This document shows positions 1 to 9,007 of a stretch of DNA of 13,051 nucleotides, in pieces. Positions within the stretch are counted from its first letter, which is position 1; every line of letters starts with the position of its first letter. The translations under genes and the position numbers were made by a program. The stretch is from positions 1 to 13,051 of the forward strand of contig JAQGDQ010002144.1 in the NCBI GenBank assembly GCA_030141605.1. The letters are read 5' to 3'. This DNA comes from Tubiluchus corallicola. Its lineage: Eukaryota; Animalia; Priapulida. The notes under the pieces are model-generated. The model did no database searches. It had not been told where the DNA came from and worked only from the letters and a program-made list of their open reading frames with translations.

Positions 1-992
1 TTTGTCGCAAAGGAAACAGCTCATGTGGGTAGTTTTATTTGATTGTCGTAAACAAAATAAACTCAGCGTTTCAAACTCTATGCCAGAATAGCATTAAAGT
101 CTTTGTCGCAGAGGAAACAGCTCATGTGGGTAGTTTTATTTGATTGTCGTAAACAGAATAAACTTTGCGTTTCAAACTCTATGCCAGAATAGCATTAAAG
201 TCTTTGTCGCAAAGGAAACAGCTCATGTGGGTAGATTTATTTGACTGTCGTAAACAAAATAAACTCAGCGTTTCAAACTCTATGCCAGAATAGCATCAAA
301 GTCTTTGTCGCTGAGGAAACAGCTCATGTGGGTAGATTTATTTGATTGTCGTAAACAAAATAAACTCAGCGTTTCAAACTCTATACCAGAATAGCATTAA
401 AGTCTTTGTCGCAAAGGAAACAGCTCATGTGGGTAGATTTATTTGATTGTCGTAAACAAAATAAACTCAGCGTTTCAAATTCTATGCCAGAATAGCATCA
501 AAGTCTTTGTCGCAGAGGAAACAGCTCATTTGGGTAGTTTTATTTGACTGTCGTAAACAGAATAAACTCAGCGTTTCAAACTCTATACCAGAATAGCATT
601 AAAGTCTTTGTCGCAAAGGAAACAGCTCATGTGGGTAGATTTATTTGATTGTCGTAAACAGAATAAACTCAGCGTTTCAAACTCTATGCCAGAATAGCGT
701 CAAAGTCTTTGTCGCAGATGAAACAGCTCATGTGGGTAGATTTATTTCATTGTCGTAAACAAAATAAACTCAGCGTTTCAAACTCTATGCCAGAATAGCG
801 TTAAAGTCTTTGTCGCAGAGGAAACAGCTCATGTGGGTAGATTTATTTGATTGTCGTAAACAAAATAAACTCAGCGTTTCAAACTCTATGCCAGAATAGC
901 ATCAAAGTCTTTGTCGCAAAGGAAACAGCTCATGTGGGTAGTTTTATTTGATTGTCGTAAACAAAATAAACTCAGCGTTTCAAACTCCATAC
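1..992. repeat. Tandem repeat, 101-bp unit, about 9.8 copies visible (runs off the left edge)
   Basis: TTTGTCGC.. restarts at 1,102,203,304,405,506,607,708,809,910; substitutions only; last copy ends at CAAACTCCATAC (992). Confidence 0.98.
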
Positions 993-1085
993 CGACTTGC
1001 ACGGTCTCATACTTCACCTGTTGCAACACTTCATACTTCGTCCACTGACTTATCCTGTTTTTTCTTGCAGTAACTTTTTGCGAGT
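993..1085 (-). CDS. Candidate internal coding exon, 93 bp, phase 1-1 (xSQKVTARKNRISQWTKYEVLQQVKYETVQVx), product unknown
   Basis: Minus strand: acceptor aaaatttcag| before 1085, donor G|GTATGG after 993; only one of three frames is open; length divisible by 3; unique sequence between two satellites. Confidence 0.5.
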
Positions 1086-1234
1086 CTGAAATTTTAATGC
1101 CATTTTACATGTTGTGTTAAGCTGATTGTTACGATTAAGCCGAGAAGTTGGCTCAATCGTTCTTATTGTAGTTTGTTTATAAAGAGATTTTTTTGTTATT
1201 TTACTATGCTGCTCTTGTTCAGCAACCCGTTTGT

Positions 1235-2167
1235 GTTTCTTAGTAACAGTAACACAACAGTTTCTTAGTAACAGTAACACAACAGTTTCTTAGTAACAGT
1301 AACACAACAGTTTCTTAGTAATAGTAACACAACAGTTTCTTAGTAACAGTAACACAACAGTTTCTTAGTAATAGTAACACAACAGTTTCTTGGTAACAGT
1401 AACACAACAGTTTCTTAGTAACAGTAACACAACAGTTTCTTAGTAACAGTAACACAACAGTTTCTTAGTAATAGTAACACAACAGTTTCTTAGTAACAGT
1501 AACACAACAGTTTCTTAGTAACAGTAACACAACAGTTTCTTAGTAAGTAACACAACAGTTCAGTAATAGTAACACAACAGTTTCTTAGTAATAGTAACAC
1601 AACAGTTTCTTAGTAATAGTAACACAACAGTTTCTTGGTAACAGTAACACAACAGTTTCTTAGTAATAGTAACACAACAGTTTCTTAGTAACAGTAACAC
1701 AACAGTTTCTTAGTAACAGTAACACAACAGTTTCTTGGTAACAGTAACACAACAGTTTCTTAGTAACAGTAACACAACAGTTTCTTAGTAATAGTAACAC
1801 AACAGTTTCTTAGTAATAGTAACACAACAGTTTCTTAGTAATAGTAACACAACAGTTTCTTAGTAACAGTAACACAACAGTTTCTTAGTAATAGTAACAC
1901 AACAGTTTCTTAGTAATAGTAACACAACAGTTTCTTAGTAATAGTAACACAACAGTTTCTTAGTAACAGTAACACAACAGTTTCTTAGTAATAGTAACAC
2001 AACAGTTTCTTGGTAACAGTAACACAACAGTTTCTTAGTAACAGTAACACAACAGTTTCTTGGTAACAGTAACACAACGGTTTCTTAGTAACAGTAACAC
2101 AACAGTTTCTTAGTAACAGTAACACAACAGTTTCTTAGTAACAGTAACACAAAAGTTTCTTAGTAAC
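1235..2167. repeat. Minisatellite, 25-bp unit GTTTCTTAGTAACAGTAACACAACA, about 37 copies
   Basis: 25-bp period; recurrent variants TAATAG/TAACAG and TTGGTAAC/TTAGTAAC; small deletions near 1545-1562. Confidence 0.98.
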
Positions 2168-2271
2168 TCCCTACTTGCTAAGTGTCCAAAATTAGCGTTT
2201 AACATGAAGAGTAATGTAAAGATTGAACAACTGTAACGGTTTTCGCTGTATCCGTACGATGATAAAAACTA

Positions 2272-2602
2272 CAGTCAGCCCTGGTTAAACCGGACTAATT
2301 GGGGGGGGGGGTTGGTCCGGTTTACCCGATTGTCTGATTTATCCGATATGCCTATATATGGTCTATATTATACAGGAATAATCACCTTAATAAGGCCTAT
2401 ATACATTGCACTATATACTATACTGTATATTACTTTAAAATAGTTAACCTGTGAGGATAAAGAAATTATTGTACAGTTGGTAGGCCGTGTTGTGTTTAGC
2501 GCTCCGGCTCGGACGGAAATCGGTCAGTTTCCTTTACCACGGATGACGTCCGTCTTGTCCGATATCCGGGCTAACGGGGTCCGGTTTAACGAGGGTCGAC
2601 TG
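2272..2602. mobile_element. Tc1/mariner (pogo/Tigger-type) MITE, 331 bp
   Basis: Left end CAGTCAGCCCTGGTTAAACCGGAC; reverse complement of right end CAGTCGACCCTCGTTAAACCGGAC (21/24 match); TA at 2270-2271 and 2603-2604; AT-rich noncoding core. Confidence 0.92.
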
Positions 2603-2798
2603 TATATGGGAATCACCACTTGTTAGTTTGGTATCAAGTTTTGTCAACCGCTTTTGCGTTTCATCGTCTCCGTGTTCTTCGCATGGAATAATTATCACCT
2701 GAGAAGTTTGTTCGGTCAAGGTTTTTTCACAAATTTGCTTTTGCGGTCATTTGAGTGCCCCGTAGGTTTGAAGTTTAAAACAAATTCTTGTAGCGTGA

Positions 2799-2857
2799 TC
2801 ATGATTTTTTGCATAAAGAAACTAGAATCTTTGCTGCGTCGAACGATTCTAACCTGC
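2799..2857 (-). CDS. Possible alternative terminal exon (GRLESFDAAKILVSLCKKS*)
   Basis: Acceptor tattttattattag| before 2857; phase-1 compatible with exon 3337-3268; stop TGA at 2801-2799. Confidence 0.22.
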
Positions 2858-2992
2858 CTAATAATAAAATACTGATGCAGCACTATCATTATACACACAT
2901 TGTAAATATTTCTGTTGACCTCTTGCGTCTTTTTTGGGATATTTTGGTGCATGGACTAAACGCTTATTGTTTTGCTAATGGTTATTGTAATA

Positions 2993-3255
2993 TCTATATA
3001 TTAATTCTACTGGTATGTTATATATAAGATTCGAGGCTACAGCTGTGACGACGGCACCATTTGCGGCGATCTATACATCAAACGAAAGGTCTCGATCTAG
3101 TGTCGTGCCATTGGGGGTTTATTTTTTCGAATCGGGCCCACCGGGATGAGCTGGGGGGGGGGCGAAAAACCTCCAAAAATGGCCATTTTTCGGCCGTTTT
3201 TTGTAAAACTTGTACATCTTATTTCTGGAGAACGGGAACGGGCCGAGGTTGGTTT
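2993..3255 (+). mobile_element. Probable fragment of an interspersed repeat, possibly a Helitron-like 5' part
   Basis: A|TCTATATAT start at 2993 resembles Helitron 5' ends; GC/CpG-richer than flanks, G10 run, perfect 16-bp palindrome AAAAATGGCCATTTTT (3175-3190); no TIR/TSD found. Confidence 0.3.
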
Positions 3256-3267
3256 GGTTATTAATAC

Positions 3268-3337
3268 CATTGGCTGATTTACTTAGTGTGACTATTGCGC
3301 TGTTACTTAATTCATCTAGACTACTGCTGTTCATTTT
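3268..3337 (-). CDS. Candidate coding exon, 70 bp, phase 0-1 (KMNSSSLDELSNSAIVTLSKSAN)
   Basis: Acceptor ctgctttgtttactgtacttag| before 3337, donor G|GTATTA after 3268; ATG at 3334 in AAAATG context; phase-compatible with candidate exons on both sides. Confidence 0.45.
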
Positions 3338-3532
3338 CTAAGTACAGTAAACAAAGCAGAATAGTGTAAAATGTACACTCATGCTCATTAGTTAGACAGG
3401 TTAGCAAAAAAGTGTGTTTGCTTTTGTCTTCTTTAAAGGTCAATTTATTTCATCGTTCTTGAGTTTATCCGCATGCTGAATTTCTAAACCAAACTGGTTA
3501 CGAATTAGATTGCGAAATCTCCAAGTGGCCGA

Positions 3533-3841
3533 TTAACAACTCACATAGCCTGGTCTTAGTCACATTTTTAGTTGGTGCGAACATCATTTGATCTTGTTTT
3601 GCACTGAATTTACATTACGAACAATGAAATACGTAGTAATGCAGTACCCACTGGCTTGCCAAACTGAATTGCACATCCTATGATATTTAACAACTTGCAT
3701 AGCCTGGTCTTAGTCACATTTTTAATTGATGTGAACAACATTTGATCTTCTTTTGCACTGAATTTTGATTACGAACAATGAAATGCGTAGTAATGCAGTA
3801 CCCACTGGCTTGTCAAACTGAATTCCAAATCCTATGATATT
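3533..3841. repeat. Diverged tandem duplication, 2 x 154 bp
   Basis: TTAACAACT..ATAGCCTGGTCTTAGTCACATTTTTA...ATCCTATGATAT starts at 3533 and 3687, with scattered substitutions. Confidence 0.95.
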
Positions 3842-3908
3842 CTAAACAATTGGTAATTTTATTTATGGTGCTATAATTGGGATAGGTGTTTTGTGTTTGT
3901 TTATTTAC

Positions 3909-4466
3909 CTCTAGTTGTTTGTCTCGTAATAGTGGAAACCTTTGTTCCGGGTCTCTGCGCAAGCGTGCAGCAACGACTAGTTTGTCTCGTAATAGTGGAA
4001 ACCTTTGTTCCGGGTCTCTGCGCAAGCGTGCAGCAACGACTAGTTGTTTGTCTCGTAATAGTGGAAACCTTTGTTCCGGGTCTCTGCGCAAGCGTGCAGC
4101 AACGACTAGCTGTTTGTCTCGTAATAGTGGAAACCTTTGTTCCGGGTCTCTGCGCAAGCGTGCAGCAACGACTAGTTGTTTGTCTCGTAATAGTGGAAAC
4201 CTTTGTTCTGGGTCTCTGCGCAAGCGTGCAGCAACGACTAGTTGTTTGCCTCGTAATAGTGGAAACCTTTGTTCCGGGTCTCTGCGCAAGCGTGCAGCAG
4301 CGACTAGTTGTTTGTCTCGTAATAGTGGAAACCTTTGTTCTGGGTCTCTGCGCAAGCGTGCAGCAACGACTAGTTGTTTGTCTCGTAATAGTGGAAACCT
4401 TTGTTCCGGGTCTCTGCGCAAGCGTGCAGCAACGACTGTGTTTCGTGTCACTTGCTCTTTTCTCAT
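3909..4466 (-). CDS. Candidate first coding exon with 8 x 22-aa repeat (VVAARLRRDPEQRFPLLRDKQL)
   Basis: ATG 4466 with an in-frame TGA two codons upstream; open through the array; donor GAG|GTAAAT at 3909/3908 in phase 0, matching exon 3337-3268; the only indel in the array is 3 bp. Confidence 0.35.
3911..4437. repeat. Tandem repeat, 66-bp unit, 8 copies (one 63-bp copy)
   Basis: CTAG unit starts at 3911,3977,4040,4106,4172,4238,4304,4370; nearly identical copies. Confidence 0.98.
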
Positions 4467-5057
4467 GTGTCAGCTGACGCGTGTATCAGCAAATGCACAT
4501 TGTTTACTCATTGTTAGGATTTTACCTGAGTTACCTGTATTGTTTATTCAATTTCTATTGTTGTGATTTGCCACCAGTGATTAACACATTCCATATAATA
4601 TTCCATGTAAATTTGATCTGCCTCGTAGCAAATGTACGTATGAATAATATTAATACATTTGTCCTTATTCAAATTAAGTAAAATAACATGTACTATCTGT
4701 CTACTATGTATAGCTGTTTGTTCGTCAATTTTAAGGAATTTTTGTTGACGAACAACAAAAGATATGTAAGTGATTATAAAGAAATAATTATAATTAGCAT
4801 TTTTTTGTAAATAAGCTTCATCGCTTTAAGCACTGTAATATTCACAAAACTGTTATAATTAGACATAACATTATAATAGTTGTAAGGAAATGCCACTAGA
4901 TTGCAGCATCGCCTAAAACGTGGAATATTAGTGACGTGAAAGTTGGTTTAACGATGGTTCAATTATCAGCTTTGTGTATCTTCTTTGCGAGTGCATTTTG
5001 TTACAAACGCAGAAGTTTGTAAATTATCGTCTTAGTAACTACTTCACAAACGGACAC

Positions 5058-5159
5058 CATTGTTTTGTGAAGCATTGTTTTGTGAAACATTGTTTTGTGA
5101 GGCATTGTTTTGTGAAACAATGGTTTGTGAAGCATTGTTTTGTGAACCATTGTTTTGTG
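5058..5159. repeat. Minisatellite, 15-bp unit CATTGTTTTGTGAAN, about 7 copies
   Basis: Units at 5058,5073,5088,5103,5118,5133,5148; inverted partial copy CTTCACAAA at 5042-5050. Confidence 0.93.
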
Positions 5160-5351
5160 GCCTTAGTGTAATCGTATGGCCTTCTGTTAGCGAGGCAGAT
5201 ATCGCTTTAAACTGTTGTCGTATTGCTTACGATCTTTATTTGTTACAAAGCAATAAACTCTAGTAGTTGTTGATGTAATTTAGACTGAAATATAGATGAT
5301 TGTAGCTGTTAAAATTAAGTTGCCTTGTATGGGGATGTTGTAAACCATTGC

Positions 5352-5365
5352 GTTACCATAGTAAC
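5352..5365. promoter_or_regulatory. RFX-binding X-box GTTACCATAGTAAC
   Basis: Exact fit to GTNRCC-N(0-3)-RGYAAC; palindrome extends to CGTTAC..GTAACG; located in unique DNA with GTAAGT donor-like sites at 5416 and 5523. Confidence 0.6.
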
Positions 5366-5773
5366 GGCAGCATCTTTAGACAACAAATGTAAGGTCGTGT
5401 CGCATTTGTCGAAAAGTAAGTTGTAATTTTTATTCTGTTATTATGTGGAGTGAGTATAATAAACTAAAATCGTAATTGTTAAAAAATACTGCCATTGTTT
5501 TCTTTTCTTGCTTGTTCTCTGGGTAAGTAGTGTTTACAATACTTGTGTTGCCATCTAGCTGCATTAAAAAAACACTGGTACATTTTTGCCTTCGACAATT
5601 TCATTTTAGCACTTGCTGTACCTACATTTTTTCAAATCAATACAGTGTACCTCGATTGGGAATGGAATTGTCGTAAATTGAACTAAAGGTCATTTCACAT
5701 CGACAAAGATGTTCCATTCTACTGTACAATGACGAAGTTTTGTCACTGTTTTTATCACAAACCGTCTTTCACC

Positions 5774-5939
5774 ACAACTAGACGTTGTGCCAATCTGACT
5801 GATGAAAAATTGGTTGTTGGCCATCTCTGTGTTTTTGTTTACAATCTGTATTCACGTTTACTGCAGGTTGTTAACAAAAACACAAAGATGGCTAACAACA
5901 ATTTTTCATCAGTCCAATTGACCCAATAATTCAAGTTGT
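5774..5939. mobile_element. Foldback palindrome of about 166 bp (hairpin MITE-like)
   Basis: GACTGATGAAAAATTGGTTGTTGGCCATCTCTGTGTTTTTGTTTACAA pairs with TTGTTAACAAAAACACAAAGATGGCTAACAACAATTTTTCATCAGTC; weaker pairing extends to ACAACT/AGTTGT; loop about 11 nt. Confidence 0.7.
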
Positions 5940-6191
5940 ACTAGAAAACAGAAACACACTTTGTGCTAAACTAGTAATGCCAGTTAACTTTTAAATAAAA
6001 TAAGTGCCCAAGTAAAAATACACAAAACTATTTATAGTTTCAAAAAGTACTTGAAAAGGACCATTTTTGATTCATACTTATAATACAGTTTTAATGCTTC
6101 CATGTCTCATGCAGTCACAATATATGGCCTCCAATCAATTATAATGCTATTTTAATATACCTCTATGTAAATTAAACATACGCTGTGATCG

Positions 6192-6746
6192 TTTCTTCTC
6201 CTCTTTTCCTTCTTCCTATCCCTAATCTTACTATTTTTTCCCTTCCATCATTTCTTCTGATCCTAACCGTTCTTTCATTCACTCATCCTTCCCTCCCTTC
6301 CGTCTTCCTATCCCTAATCTTACTATTTTTTCCATTCCATCATGTCTACTAACCCTAACCATTCTTTCATTAACTCATCCTCCCCTCCCTTCCTTCTTCC
6401 TCTCTCTAATCTTACTATTTTTTCCATTCCATCATGTCTACTAACCCTAACCATTCTTTCATTCACTCATCCTCCCCTTCCTTCCTTCTTCCTATCCCTA
6501 ATCTTACTATTTTTTCCATTCCATCATGTCTACTAACCCTAACCATTCTTTCATTCACTCATCCTCCCCTTCCTTCCTTCTTCCTATCCCTAATCTTACT
6601 ATTTTTTCCATTCCATCATGTCTACTAACCCTAACCATTCTTTCATTCACTCTTCCTCCCCTCCCTTCCTTCTTCCTATCCCTAATCTTACTATTTTTTC
6701 CATTCCATCATGTCTACTAACCCTAACCATTCTTTCATTCACTCAT
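6192..6746. repeat. Pyrimidine-rich tandem repeat, 92-bp unit, about 6 copies
   Basis: ATGTCTACTAACCCTAACC at 6342,6434,6526,6618,6710; first copy diverged; almost no G on the + strand. Confidence 0.97.
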
Positions 6747-6859
6747 TTCTGCCACCTTAACAAACCGAACTTTCAAGGTGTCATACAGCAACTCTTTTAT
6801 TTGGTTAATTTGACTTCATCAACGTTTTTTTACCTATACTGTTTCTTTTTTTCAATACT

Positions 6860-6926
6860 ATTGTATGTTGATGTATTGTATATGTATTGCTGGAGTGAAA
6901 TAAATTGATTGATTGATTGATTGATT
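6860..6926 (+). mobile_element. AATAAA followed by (TTGA)5: probable 3' tail of a non-LTR retroelement (CR1/L2-like)
   Basis: TG-rich stretch, AATAAA at 6899-6904 directly followed by a TTGA microsatellite; no reverse-transcriptase ORF visible. Confidence 0.45.
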
Positions 6927-7494
6927 TGAATGACACACAAATATCTAAATAATAACACGTATCATAAAACAATTGCAATTTAATCATTTATTCGTGCCGA
7001 ATGATCAATATAATACAGTAAAACATAAAAAAATCATTTTAATCTTTGGTCTTTAATTATCACGTCATAAAATAAAAAGAAATACGACGAAAACGTATAA
7101 AAAGCTCGTGAACATGATCCAAGTATAATAAGACAATAATTATAATGGAAATTTGTCATGACTCAGTAAGTAATTATACTAATTTGACATCTAACATCAC
7201 AGTTTAATGCTGGTTATTATGCCAATAACTGAGACAATATTGCAATGGAATAATTTTGCAATTTACAAAAAATGTGAAACTTAAGAATCTTGTGACCAAG
7301 TGCCTTTAATAAATAATTTAAAATAAGTAATCAAAATATAAATGCACCTAACTGATAACAAAAACAACAACAACAACAACTGAAAATGGATTAGAAGCCA
7401 GACAAACTTTGAGTTAACCTTGATTATCTAAAAATTGTTTAAACATAGCAAGAATTTATTTCATTTAAATAATGATAGAATGATAACAAATAAG

Positions 7495-7727
7495 CAGGGC
7501 CGGCCTTAGGTAATTGGAGGCCCTAGGCGAAGTGAATTTGGTGGCCCCAAATGAAATAGAAAAATAAAAAATAAATACGAAAAAAATAAAATTACGCAAT
7601 TAGAGAAAGAGAGAGAGAGAGAGAGGAGGCAGTATGTTCGCATAAAGCAAAAAAATGTTACCTCGGCATGAGGCCCTCTGGAGGGTGAGGCCCTAGGCGG
7701 TTGCCTAGTTTGCCTATGCCGGCCCTG
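7495..7727. mobile_element. hAT-superfamily MITE, 233 bp
   Basis: TIR CAGGGCCGGC / GCCGGCCCTG; perfect 8-bp TSD CAAATAAG at 7487-7494 and 7728-7735; subterminal GAGGCCCT(AGGCG) repeats; internal (GA)n. Confidence 0.95.
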
Positions 7728-7956
7728 CAAATAAGCTTCAATTGGATGAGTTAGACACCCTAATGCACCGTTCACACATGTTCACTATGGTGTCTGTTCA
7801 TACTACAGGTACATACATATATAAAATGTTTTAACCAACATTTTGCCTATTACTTAGTTAACATTGAATATTGTTACGGTGCGTAGAAAAGTTTTGAAAG
7901 CGATCCGCTCCTAAATTTATCGTAGGAATGTAAACAACGGAATTTACATTGCACAT

Positions 7957-7967
7957 AAAATGGCGAC
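7957..7967 (+). promoter_or_regulatory. YY1/Pho-like motif AAAATGGCGAC in a CpG-richer patch
   Basis: Near-consensus AANATGGCG; forkhead-like TGTAAACA at 7929 and CCAAT at 8061 nearby; motif match only. Confidence 0.2.
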
Positions 7968-8329
7968 GTTAACCCGCACTTTTACACATGATCGCTTACG
8001 CACATTGCGTTAAGCCTTCGTTACATACAAACATGTGCCGTGAATACAGAATTATTATAGCCAATAGCTGAAACAATTGGTCAATAGCTACCACCTCATG
8101 CTGCATTAAACCACACAAGATGAAATACTATCAAAAAATGCAACAAAACAGAAAGGGCCATGTGGAAATATAGAAACGGTTGGATAATGCAAAAATAGTT
8201 AATTAGGGTAATTTATTCGCAGTAGATATTTTATTTACGATGGCAAATTATTTACTATGAATTACAATAACCCAGGCAGGCGAAGTAGATTGACCAAGGC
8301 AAGCAATACTGTCACGTCACGGTAGTAAA

Positions 8330-8763
8330 TAGTCAACCTCGGGTATAAGGTACTCGCTTATAAGGGACCACCAACTCTGGTCCCGACTTTTCATAACGTT
8401 TTGACCATGTAAAAATCTTTGTATATAAGGTACTCGAATATAAGGGACTTTCGGTTATAAGGGACGATATCTTCAGGTCCCGCTTAATAGAAACCGGGTA
8501 AATTACCTCGCATATAAGGGACCCTATGATGAAAGCGAAATTGATCAATTTTTAACCTCAATTTTTCTCAAACTCGGCCTTCGAACAACTTGGTTTCCGC
8601 GGTCACATACATCTCGCATCACTGAAGGATTGAATGTGTAGCAATAATCCATAAAAATACGGGTAAAAGTACAGGTCTAGACACACCCTCAGTCTGACTC
8701 AACTTCGGCTATAAGGGACGATTTTTCCGGTCCGGAAGTGTCCCTTATATCCGAGGTTGACAG
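8330..8763. mobile_element. pogo/Tigger-type MITE, 434 bp, with reiterated TATAAGGGAC motif
   Basis: Left TAGTCAACCTCGGGTATAAGGTAC vs reverse-complemented right end CTGTCAACCTCGGATATAAGGGAC; TA at 8764-8765 (left flank reads AA); inferred consensus end CAGT. Confidence 0.88.
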
Positions 8764-9007
8764 TAATCTTGTTCCTAAAACAGAAACGCTAATTTAAACA
8801 ACCCAAACAGACAATGTGGTTTTTTCACATATTATCATGATTACACAAGAGTAATTATTTCGACCTTTTTCTAGCAAAACAGAAACAAGATGTTGATGCT
8901 GCTTATACAGAAGTTGCGAGGAAACTTGTTGACCACTTGACCACGTAAAGACAGCAATACTTTGACCCTTATAGGGTCACGAATTTTTACAACTGATTTT
9001 GGTAACC

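Noticed and set aside
11-25. AGGAAACAGCT resembles the M13 reverse primer
   Set aside because: Only an 11-nt match inside a diverging genomic repeat, with no other vector sequence.
1045-1070. Plus-strand branch point and acceptor (CTGAC..TTTTTTCTTGCAG)
   Set aside because: The downstream sequence has early stops and no good donor; the minus-strand exon explains the segment better.
1-4437. CRISPR interpretation of the 101-, 25- or 66-bp arrays
   Set aside because: Units are contiguous and near-identical with no unique spacers, no cas genes are present, and the context is eukaryotic.
3886-4566. Plus-strand ORFs of 226 and 194 aa
   Set aside because: Non-ATG starts; open only because the stop-free unit is a multiple of 3; no compatible neighbouring exons found.
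4974-5263. ORFs with HCFVK / LFCEA repeats
   Set aside because: Translation of a 15-bp minisatellite; non-ATG starts and no supporting context.
6342-6908. Four similar ORFs, or an interstitial telomere
   Set aside because: The 92-bp unit shifts frame with each copy; only about two contiguous CCCTAA hexamers per unit.
8963-8979. Everted nuclear-receptor half-sites TGACCC-N5-GGGTCA
   Set aside because: Short motif at the edge of a probable transposon, with no independent support.
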